The notes beneath the pieces are model-generated. The model was not told the origin of the DNA and searched no databases. It saw only the letters and a list, made by a program, of their open reading frames with translations. Positions 1 to 7,727 of a DNA stretch of 28,977 bases are shown here, one piece after another. The stretch is from an uncultured Candidatus Poseidoniales archaeon (GTDB lineage: Archaea > Thermoplasmatota > Poseidoniia > Poseidoniales > Thalassarchaeaceae): positions 4,590 to 33,566 of the forward strand of contig CAZXZO010000003.1 in assembly GCA_964645485.1 (NCBI GenBank). The letters are read 5' to 3'. Both the position numbers and the translations under genes were made by a program. Within the stretch, counting starts at the first letter, position 1. Every line of letters begins with the position of its first letter.

Positions 1-105
1 AAAAATAAATTCACCGATTTACCAGAACTGCGAAGAAATCAAAAAAATACACTCACCGATTTACCAGAACTGCGAAGAATTCAAAAAAATACACTCATCG
101 ATTTA
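1..105. repeat. 42-bp tandem repeat, 2 full units plus partial copies on both sides
   Basis: tcaccgatttaccagaactgcgaagaa(a/t)tcaaaaaaatacac at 11-52 and 53-94; partial tcatcgattta at 95-105; bases 1-10 match the unit end at 8/10. May extend left of the window. Confidence 0.9.
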
Positions 106-159
106 GCACCAAATAATGATTGTACCTGGAGTTTGATTGGTCCTGAATTGAGAGTAGAC

Positions 160-585
160 TCAACAGCATCCAGTTTTTCTCATTGGAGCAGCAATAAATT
201 CAACTCGGTCAATATCCTGTGTGTTTTTCAATGAATCAATAATCTTCCGAATCATTCCCGCCTCCCCATTTAGTTGCATCGTATCAACACAGGTATGACT
301 CTCTGTGAGACAATTATGGTGATAGGAATTGACAGTGATTGAATGCGTGTGCCTCAATTCCATCAATTTATTTTCCACCCCATGCTGATAGTAGATGACC
401 ATCGTGCCTTCTATTTTCTCATCCATATCCATGGAACTCAAGTCACCACGAAGTGTAGTTTCAGAAAAATAAATAGCGGCATCTCTAAGAAACATACTCC
501 GATTTTTATATCCAGATTCAAAAATGAGGCGATCTAATTCTTCCGCGAATTCTTTGTCAGTACTAAATGAGAATACTCTGCTCAT
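160..585 (-). CDS. NikR-like ribbon-helix-helix (CopG family) metal-responsive regulator
   Basis: N-terminal RHH pattern (FSFSTDKEFAEELDRL..GYKNRSMFLRDA) and a C-terminal NikR-like domain (IYYQH..LMELRH..HHNCLTESHTCVD); the metal motif deviates from canonical HxH-x5-C. Confidence 0.75.
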   Translation of the reverse strand: MSRVFSFSTDKEFAEELDRLIFESGYKNRSMFLRDAAIYFSETTLRGDLSSMDMDEKIEGTMVIYYQHGVENKLMELRHTHSITVNSYHHNCLTESHTCVDTMQLNGEAGMIRKIIDSLKNTQDIDRVEFIAAPMRKTGCC

Positions 586-647
586 AGACGTGTCACTGAA
601 TACGAATTAATAACATTTGTTAAATATATAATAATGAACGGCGCGGC
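586..647. promoter_or_regulatory. Divergent promoter region with palindrome TAACA-TT-TGTTA (611-622)
   Basis: AT-rich TATA-like stretches (ttaaatat 620-627 on +; ttattaa 613-607 on -) lie about 20-28 nt from the two start codons; the palindrome overlaps both. Confidence 0.45.
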
Positions 648-1766
648 ATGGACGCAAGCCTGATTCTATTCGCAGGGATGACATTGATCATCGGCCTAGT
701 GTGCGGATTATTACCGATTTTTTCGGGCATTAAAGATGATAAAAAAAGATTGAAGCAATTGACTGGAATTGCGGCTGGAATTATTATTGCCTCAGCGATG
801 TTAGTAGTTATACCCGAAGGGTACGAATTGGCGATGACTGATGAAAATGGTACAGATGATGCATTAGCAGGATCTGTAGCGTTGGTTATTCTTGAAGTTG
901 GTCATGAAGACATCAATGCCACCACAGGAATTGAAGAAATTGAAGTGTTGATTGGTGGGCATAGTGAGCATGGAGAAGAGGATGCTCAGGAGGGCGAACA
1001 TCAGAATGAACAAGATTCGGGAGCCAGTTTGTCAGAGTCTATCGGAGGAGTGATTGAAGAGGTCGAGGATGGTGACATCAATGCTACAACCGGAATAGAA
1101 AAAATTGAAGAATTAATTTCAGCCCATTCGCATGCAGAAGAAACGAACGAAGACCACACAAGTGGAATCCTGATGGGAGGTGCAATCATTGCAGGGTTCC
1201 TTCTGATGTTTATTCTAGAGGGTTCAGGAATTGGCCACGCCGTTCATGAAGAACATCACGACCATGAGCACGGACATGGGCACGGTCATGTGCATCACGC
1301 TGCCACAGGTGGGTTGCTAGTGTTCGGCCTCACTTTGCACGCAGCAACAGATGGAGTTGCTATTGGAGCGGCAACAGCATCTGGAGATTTTGCATTGACT
1401 ATCACCGTCCTACTTGCTGTCTTAATTCACAAAGGACCCGCAGCATTCAGTTTGGGTGTCTTTTCAACTCACGAAAGAGAAGAAAAGAAAGATTCCGTTA
1501 GGGATGTTGTCATTTTTTCATTAGCCACACCTGTGATGATTATCATTGCTGGGCTCAGCCTTGGGGAACTTGAAACGCACATGATAGGATTAGCAATGCT
1601 ATTCTCTGCGGGAACTTTCCTATACGTTGCAACAGTTGATACTCTGCCAGATATTCATAACCCCGAGACAGGAAAGCAAGCAATGATTCACGTACTAATT
1701 GGTGTGACAATCCTTGTTGGATTGCTCATGATTGCAAATTCTTTGAATCTTGGACATGCTCATTGA
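648..1766 (+). CDS. ZIP family divalent metal (Zn) transporter, ZIP9/subfamily I-like
   Basis: Multiple TM helices; motifs VIPEG, LHAATDGVAIG, IHKGPAAF, FSAGTFLYVAT; His-rich loop HAVHEEHHDHEHGHGHGHVHH. Confidence 0.92.
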   Translation: MDASLILFAGMTLIIGLVCGLLPIFSGIKDDKKRLKQLTGIAAGIIIASAMLVVIPEGYELAMTDENGTDDALAGSVALVILEVGHEDINATTGIEEIEVLIGGHSEHGEEDAQEGEHQNEQDSGASLSESIGGVIEEVEDGDINATTGIEKIEELISAHSHAEETNEDHTSGILMGGAIIAGFLLMFILEGSGIGHAVHEEHHDHEHGHGHGHVHHAATGGLLVFGLTLHAATDGVAIGAATASGDFALTITVLLAVLIHKGPAAFSLGVFSTHEREEKKDSVRDVVIFSLATPVMIIIAGLSLGELETHMIGLAMLFSAGTFLYVATVDTLPDIHNPETGKQAMIHVLIGVTILVGLLMIANSLNLGHAH

Positions 1767-1821
1767 GAATCAATAACTGAACACACCCATTAGGCTGAAA
1801 TGTCGCTGACTTGTCGCAGAA

Positions 1822-2643
1822 TTGATGCAGGAACGTTTCGTCAACATCGCGGGATATCGATTTGTTCCATTAAACGATAGTAAAGAAATGCGCGGGCCGC
1901 TTCGGGATTTCTGTGTTGACCTCGAATTGAAGGGTACTATTCTGCTCAGCGAAGAGGGAATAAATTTCTTTCTTGCAGGATCTCAGGAATCAGTTGACAG
2001 TTTTATTTCTCACCTAAATGAGGATGAGCGTTTCAGCGACATCAAACTGAAAATCAGTCATTCAGACCACCAACCCTTCAATAGAATGCTTGTCAGACTC
2101 AAAAAAGAAATTATTTCAATGGGTCACGATGAGGTGAAACCAAGAGAATTCACTGGACCTTCAATAAAACCAAAAGAGTTCAAATCTTGGCTTGATGAGG
2201 GAAAAGAGGTTATTGTTCTTGACACAAGAAATGATTACGAGATACGCACGGGTAAATTTCAAAATTCAGTCGACCTGAACATCAAATCATTTCGCCAATT
2301 TCCGACCGCTATCAAGCAACTTTCTGATGACCTAAAGGGCACACCTGTAGTGATGTATTGCACTGGAGGGATACGCTGTGAGAAAGCATCAGTCGCTCTA
2401 CTCGACGAAGGATTTAGTGAGGTTTACCAACTTGAGGGGGGAATATTAGGGTACTTCGAAGAGTGTGGAGGTGCACACTGGGATGGTGAGTGCTTTGTCT
2501 TTGACAAACGGGTTGGAGTAAATCCAAATTTAGTAGAAACTGATACAGTAATGTGCTTCACTTGTCGCGAGCCTCTCCTCGCTCATGACCAATTGTCTGA
2601 TGATTATGTGATAGGACACTCTTGCCCTTACTGTGTCTCTTGA
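1822..2643 (+). CDS. trhO: TrhO/YceA (UPF0176) rhodanese-domain protein, putative tRNA U34 hydroxylase
   Basis: GTILLSEEGIN, VRLKKEIISMG, LDTRNDYE, YCTGGIRCEKA, YQLEGGILGY, GECFVFDKRV. Confidence 0.8.
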   Translation: MMQERFVNIAGYRFVPLNDSKEMRGPLRDFCVDLELKGTILLSEEGINFFLAGSQESVDSFISHLNEDERFSDIKLKISHSDHQPFNRMLVRLKKEIISMGHDEVKPREFTGPSIKPKEFKSWLDEGKEVIVLDTRNDYEIRTGKFQNSVDLNIKSFRQFPTAIKQLSDDLKGTPVVMYCTGGIRCEKASVALLDEGFSEVYQLEGGILGYFEECGGAHWDGECFVFDKRVGVNPNLVETDTVMCFTCREPLLAHDQLSDDYVIGHSCPYCVS

Positions 2644-2648
2644 GACTC

Positions 2649-2807
2649 TTAATCTTCTGAGATATCTTTTACCGGCCACAAATACTGAATATAGCATTCT
2701 GAACAAGCGCGTGTTAACATTTGTTCTTCGTAAGGAAGAGGCCGGTTCCAAACCTCCAAAGGTTTCTCTTCCTTGCATATCGGGCAAGGTCCAATTTCTC
2801 TCCCCAT
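2649..2807 (-). CDS. Small 52-aa putative zinc-finger protein (CPIC...CSEC), not in the ORF track
   Basis: Manual translation MGREIGPCPICKEEKPLEVWNRPLPYEEQMLTRACSECYIQYLWPVKDISED*; ATG at 2807, TAA at 2651-2649; fills the gap between neighbouring genes without overlap. Confidence 0.65.
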   Translation of the reverse strand: MGREIGPCPICKEEKPLEVWNRPLPYEEQMLTRACSECYIQYLWPVKDISED

Positions 2808-2884
2808 TGTAACATCGGCCGAGCCGGGGATTCTTCAACTTGTGGTCGCCATAATGCAATACACTAGCACCCTCTCCGCTAACT

Positions 2885-3862
2885 ATGCGCTGCCTTGTGA
2901 CTGGTGGAGGAGGCTTTCTAGGAAGTCATCTTGCGGAAACATTGTTGACACGTGGACACACGGTGGCAGTGGTTGATGATTTGTTTCGTGGCCGCAAAGC
3001 AAACATGGTAGATTTCAAGGCTATGCCCGATTTTACTTTCGTTTTAGGCGATTGTGCCGATGTTGAAAAACTTGAGAAAGCAGAAGAAAAAATGAATGGC
3101 GTTGACATCATTTTCCACCTCGCGGCAATAAACGGAACACGTTATTTTCATGAACGACCTGATTTAGTGATTGATGTTAACATTAAGACAACTGAAACCG
3201 TGGTCAAATTTGCCTCTGACAGAGGTGCGCGTCTAGTCTTTACAAGTAGTCCCGAAGCATTTGGATTACATAGTGAAATGCCGTTAGGAGAAAACCTTGA
3301 TGCTATTTTCCCCAGCCCTCATGACCATTTCAGGCATTCATACGGGGCAAGCAAATATCTTGGCGAAATTATCGTTCAATTTGCTGTAAAAGAAAGAGGT
3401 TTAGACGGGAGAATTATTAGACCATTCAATGGATATGGACCGCGATTAATCGGTAATGAACACGGTCAAGTGGCGGCAATCTTCCTTCATCAATGCCAGA
3501 GAGGAGAAAATATCACCCTCCATGGGGATGGTTCACAAACTCGCTGCTTCACGTGGTACACAGACTTGATTGACGGAATAATATCACTTGGTGAATTAGA
3601 CGAAGGGGTGGATGGGTCAAGCCTGAAGGGTGCCTCATTCAATATTGGTTCAACCGAGGAAGTTTCAATTCTTAAATTGGCTGAATTAGCGCGTGAAGTC
3701 TCAGGTGCTGATATTGAAATCGTGATGACCGAGGGGCATCCTGGTGATTCCACCCGCCGAATTCCAGATATTTCAGCGGCCCGAGATGCGCTAGGATGGA
3801 CAGCAACAGTAGACATTTCCGACGGCATGTTACGTTACTGGGAATGGATACCATCAGAGTGA
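2885..3862 (+). CDS. NAD-dependent epimerase/dehydratase (extended SDR)
   Basis: GGGGFLGS Rossmann motif, YGASK (YxxxK), RPFNGYGPR, FNIGS. Confidence 0.92.
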   Translation: MRCLVTGGGGFLGSHLAETLLTRGHTVAVVDDLFRGRKANMVDFKAMPDFTFVLGDCADVEKLEKAEEKMNGVDIIFHLAAINGTRYFHERPDLVIDVNIKTTETVVKFASDRGARLVFTSSPEAFGLHSEMPLGENLDAIFPSPHDHFRHSYGASKYLGEIIVQFAVKERGLDGRIIRPFNGYGPRLIGNEHGQVAAIFLHQCQRGENITLHGDGSQTRCFTWYTDLIDGIISLGELDEGVDGSSLKGASFNIGSTEEVSILKLAELAREVSGADIEIVMTEGHPGDSTRRIPDISAARDALGWTATVDISDGMLRYWEWIPSE

Positions 3863-3897
3863 ATTTTGGGTGTTTGAAAATAACCAAAACAATTGTG

Positions 3898-4734
3898 GTG
3901 ATTAATACGACAAGAATCAACCCACTCCCTGACCGAGCCATAATTGGAATGGTACACCTACAACCACTCCCCGGCTCACCTCGTTTTACCGGTGACCTAG
4001 AGGCTGTTGAGCGATTTGCAATCAATGATGCAAAGACTCTGATTGCTGGTGGATGCCATGCAATAATGATTGAAAATTTTGGAGATGCGCCATTTCACGG
4101 AAATGAAGTGGCGCCAATTACAATTGCTGCAATGAGCCGGATAGTAAGCAAAATTGTTGATGAAGCAGCACGACTTGAAGGAATCCCTGTTGGTGTTAAT
4201 GTGCTCCGAAATGATGCCGCCGCCGCGCTTTCTATTGCTTCTGCTTGTGGAGCAAATTTCATCCGAGTAAACATCCATGTTGGAGGAATGATGACTGACC
4301 AAGGCTTGATTGAAGGGAAAGCTGCTGAGACTTTGCGCCTGCGGGAACAACTTGGCCATGGTCCTGATTCCAACCACCCAATTGCAATCTTCGCAGATGT
4401 TGGAGTCAAACATGCGACACCCCTTGATTCAGATTGGATGCTTGAACAAGAAGCGCAAGATTGCTGGAATCGTGGATTGGCGGATGCCTTGATTGTATCC
4501 GGAAGTGGGACTGGCCAACCTACCTCTCCCGAAGACAACGCGCGAGTCAGACTTGCCACACCACACGCCACTTTACTAGTCGGTTCTGGAGTAACCTCTG
4601 AAAATTTGCAGGACTACCTGCGCCACGCGGACGGCGCGATTATCGGAACTTCTCTAAAAGAGGGGAATGATGTCTCGAAAAGAGTGGACCTGTCTGTCGT
4701 TTCTAAAGTGATAGAAGCAGCAAAAAGCAAATAA
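3898..4734 (+). CDS. BtpA/SgcQ family protein
   Basis: IGMVHLQPLPGSP, IENFGDAPF, GVNVLRND, FIRVN, ADVGVKHA, ADALIVSGSGTG, DGAIIGTSLK. Start uncertain (GTG about 3895-3898; the ORF track start at 3796 overlaps the previous gene). Confidence 0.9.
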   Translation: MINTTRINPLPDRAIIGMVHLQPLPGSPRFTGDLEAVERFAINDAKTLIAGGCHAIMIENFGDAPFHGNEVAPITIAAMSRIVSKIVDEAARLEGIPVGVNVLRNDAAAALSIASACGANFIRVNIHVGGMMTDQGLIEGKAAETLRLREQLGHGPDSNHPIAIFADVGVKHATPLDSDWMLEQEAQDCWNRGLADALIVSGSGTGQPTSPEDNARVRLATPHATLLVGSGVTSENLQDYLRHADGAIIGTSLKEGNDVSKRVDLSVVSKVIEAAKSK

Positions 4735-4740
4735 TATTGA

Positions 4741-4757
4741 TTTTTTTCTACCTTTTT
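4741..4757 (+). terminator. Possible archaeal oligo-T terminator after btpA
   Basis: T7 (4741-4747) and T5 (4753-4757) tracts a few nt after the stop codon. Confidence 0.35.
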
Positions 4758-4803
4758 ATCCGGCTATTCAATTATATGCTGAACGTTACTTTGAGATACT
4801 TGT

Positions 4804-6141
4804 ATGAGGAGAATCTCGAAGGACTCCTACAATTGGGCAGCAGGCTCATATGTTGATTTGTTCTTTATATCTGCGATTACCCAAATATTCTTTGCAGTCG
4901 GATTGTATTGGATTTTCGTTGGTGATAGTGATTTTCTTAATGAATTACTTGAAGTTCAATCAAATGCCATAATGCTATCCATTGGTACTCTAGTGATAAT
5001 GGGCTGGGCCATGGCGCTGATACTGGGCATTGGGTTTGACAGATTTCCACTTGATTACAAAAATGCGCCATTTGACCCATCTATTATTTCAACGACTGCA
5101 GCCTTGAATATTTCAGGACAGGTACTGATTCTAGTCGGAATTTTAACCTCTCAAATAGAAAGCCTTGAAACGTTGGCACAAATGGGCGCCACCCTTTTGG
5201 GAATGCAGATGATTTTGTTAGGACCAACCGCTTGGAGATTATCTAAAACCCGCTCTAAAGAAGATAATGTAAAAGTTGGAATGTGGAATATTGGAGTAAT
5301 GCTTACCTTGCCAGTAATAGGTGTTATCACAATTCTGGCTTGGATTTTTATTAACAATGAGTTGTTCCAGATTTTGTTCTGGACCGCAATTTTTGATGGG
5401 TTTTGGTTAATGGTAACATTTGCCCTATTTCTTGCTCATTTCAACGACCGTTTAGGCTGGAATATAATGAGTAGTAAGGCTAGTAACAGTGCGTTCACAG
5501 TATTCGTTGTATTAGTGATTATCCATATTATTCTACAATTTCTTCATCATATTGAATATATCACGGATAGCATTGTTAAAGCGAGTATCTCCGCCCCTAT
5601 ATTGTGGATTTTCTTTGTTTCAAAGCCAAGCCAAATATGGAAAAATGTCTTCGCAGGAAAATCATGCAGCGCTCAAATCCTCTCGGGCCACTCTTGGCTA
5701 TTAGCAACAGCAGCAATTGGGATATATGAAGCGGTTGTTATTGAGGAATCAATTGGAATGTACTATACAAGATTCATGTTAATTTTCGGGGTAGTTGTAC
5801 AAGCAGTATGGGGGTCATCAGTTTGGTTACATGAAGACCATAAATTCACAAAACTTGAAGATAGAAAAACTAGATGGGTTAGTGTGATTATGATGAATAC
5901 TCTGATGTTTGGTATTATTTCTCTTGCATTGCATGAAGGAGGGCATATCGAATTAAATAATTTAGGAATTGTCCTTGCGATTTCAGTTGTTGCATTATTA
6001 ATTGCTGCTTCTGAATTCTTCCTTTGGCTAGTTACCGATGCGATTTCAAATCATGATAATTGGAATAGAATTCCAATGTTTTACGCCAATATGGACAATG
6101 CTCACGAATTGGACGATGCATATTTTCCATGTGAAGAGTAG
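4804..6141 (+). CDS. Polytopic membrane protein of unknown function (about 12 TM)
   Basis: 445-aa ORF with about 12 hydrophobic segments; no confident family. Confidence 0.8.
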   Translation: MRRISKDSYNWAAGSYVDLFFISAITQIFFAVGLYWIFVGDSDFLNELLEVQSNAIMLSIGTLVIMGWAMALILGIGFDRFPLDYKNAPFDPSIISTTAALNISGQVLILVGILTSQIESLETLAQMGATLLGMQMILLGPTAWRLSKTRSKEDNVKVGMWNIGVMLTLPVIGVITILAWIFINNELFQILFWTAIFDGFWLMVTFALFLAHFNDRLGWNIMSSKASNSAFTVFVVLVIIHIILQFLHHIEYITDSIVKASISAPILWIFFVSKPSQIWKNVFAGKSCSAQILSGHSWLLATAAIGIYEAVVIEESIGMYYTRFMLIFGVVVQAVWGSSVWLHEDHKFTKLEDRKTRWVSVIMMNTLMFGIISLALHEGGHIELNNLGIVLAISVVALLIAASEFFLWLVTDAISNHDNWNRIPMFYANMDNAHELDDAYFPCEE

Positions 6142-6200
6142 AATCATTCAAACAAATGTGTTGGTAACAACATAAAATACTCCGCTCATCAGGGCAAATC

Positions 6201-7727
6201 ATGGATGAAACCCAATCCAAGTACCCCGACAATCGGTGGCTAGTTCTTGGTGTAATGAGTCTGAGCCTAGTCATTGTGATGTTGAACAACGTTACTCTAA
6301 ATGTGGCTCTCCCAAATTTGTCCACTAGCCTTGGTGCTGATAATTCTGAACTTCAGTGGATTATGGACGCCTATGCATTAGTTTTCGGTGGCACTCTTCT
6401 TGTAATGGGTGCACTAGGAGACAGATTTGGACGAAAGGGTGCACTACAAATTGGCTTGTTAATTGTGGGAACTGCATCTGCCTGGACTGCATTTTTTGCT
6501 GATTCCTCAACAGATGTCATTTTTGCCAGAGGTTTGATGGGATTGGGTGCGGCTCTGGTAATGCCATCTACATTGTCGGTAGTATTGGTGGTATTTCCGC
6601 CTGATGAAAGAGGGAAGGCCATCGGTATTTGGGCGGCAATGGCGGGAATTGGAGCCCCTATTGGTTTGTTAGTAGGAGGTTGGGCGGTTGAAAATTATGA
6701 TTGGGAAATGGCATTTTTGATAAATGTCCCAGTGATTATAATTGCCTTAACCGCAGGTGCATTTATCGTCCCACGGTCAAAAGATGAACAACAAAGACCT
6801 CTTGATGGAAGGGGTGCGGTTCTCTCGATACTCGTTCTTGGATCACTTCTTTATGGGATTATTGAGGGACCTAGCTTAGGTTGGACAGATAGTCTAGTGA
6901 TTGGCTCTTTTGTGGTTTTTCTAATTTCAACCCTATTATTTGTGCGTTCACAAAAGAAAGTTGAATTCCCTCTCTTGCCCCTCGAATTCTTCAAAGACAG
7001 GCGTTTCACGATTGGCTTAATCGCGATTTCTATGGCTTTTTTTGTGATGTTTTCATTTATGTTCATGCAGATGTTACACTTCCAACTTGTTAGAGGCCAT
7101 TCGCCATTATCGGCAGCAATCAGATTCTTCCCATTACCAATTGGTCTCATGCCAGCCGCAGCAAATAGCGACAAATTGGTTGCTAAATTTGGACGACCAA
7201 ATGTTATCGCGACTGGTTTATTCATAGTGGGATTGGGATTGCTCCTCTTTACTCAAGTGAATGTAGATACTAGTTACTCACAAATTGCTGCGACATTCTT
7301 CCTTCTTGGATTAGGAATTGGATTGACGATGGCACCTTCAACAACAGCAGTAATGGATTCTATCCCGGAATCTAAAGCGGGTGTGGGGAGTGCAACAAAT
7401 GATTCTAGTCGCGAAGTTGGTGGAGCTCTGGGGATAGCCATAGGGGGCAGTATTCTCAACGAAATTTATCAATCAACAATTGTAATTCCAGCATCTGCAT
7501 CCTCCAAGGCATCAATAATTCAGGAATCATTCCCCGCGGCGATGACTATTGGCCAACAGATGCTAGCATTAGGTAATTCAGATGGTGCTCTGTTAATTGC
7601 ATCAGCAAGAGAATCATTCCTTGAAGGAATGGTTGGAGCCTGTGTAATTGCTGCTGTCATAGCATTATTAGCATCAATTATTGTCAAATTTAAAATGCCA
7701 AATGATGACGACGTGGATGAAAAATAA
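6201..7727 (+). CDS. MFS drug:H+ antiporter, DHA2 (EmrB/QacA-like, 14 TM)
   Basis: LNNVTLNVALP, WIMDAYAL, GALGDRFGRK (motif A), ARGLMGLGAA, ERGKAIGIW, WEMAFLINVP. Confidence 0.93.
   Translation: MDETQSKYPDNRWLVLGVMSLSLVIVMLNNVTLNVALPNLSTSLGADNSELQWIMDAYALVFGGTLLVMGALGDRFGRKGALQIGLLIVGTASAWTAFFADSSTDVIFARGLMGLGAALVMPSTLSVVLVVFPPDERGKAIGIWAAMAGIGAPIGLLVGGWAVENYDWEMAFLINVPVIIIALTAGAFIVPRSKDEQQRPLDGRGAVLSILVLGSLLYGIIEGPSLGWTDSLVIGSFVVFLISTLLFVRSQKKVEFPLLPLEFFKDRRFTIGLIAISMAFFVMFSFMFMQMLHFQLVRGHSPLSAAIRFFPLPIGLMPAAANSDKLVAKFGRPNVIATGLFIVGLGLLLFTQVNVDTSYSQIAATFFLLGLGIGLTMAPSTTAVMDSIPESKAGVGSATNDSSREVGGALGIAIGGSILNEIYQSTIVIPASASSKASIIQESFPAAMTIGQQMLALGNSDGALLIASARESFLEGMVGACVIAAVIALLASIIVKFKMPNDDDVDEK

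Noticed and set aside
2530-2859. 109-aa minus-strand ORF from the track
   Set aside because: It overlaps trhO antisense and has no motif; another frame on the same strand gives a cleaner CxxC..CxxC protein (2649-2807).
3490-4571. Overlapping antisense ORFs of 112-158 aa on the epimerase and btpA (and similar ones elsewhere)
   Set aside because: They are shadow ORFs opposite well-supported genes, with no recognisable motifs.
6150-6175. Imperfect dyad (atgtgtt-ggt-aacaacat) upstream of the MFS gene
   Set aside because: It needs a gap to pair and is AT-rich, so it is likely chance.
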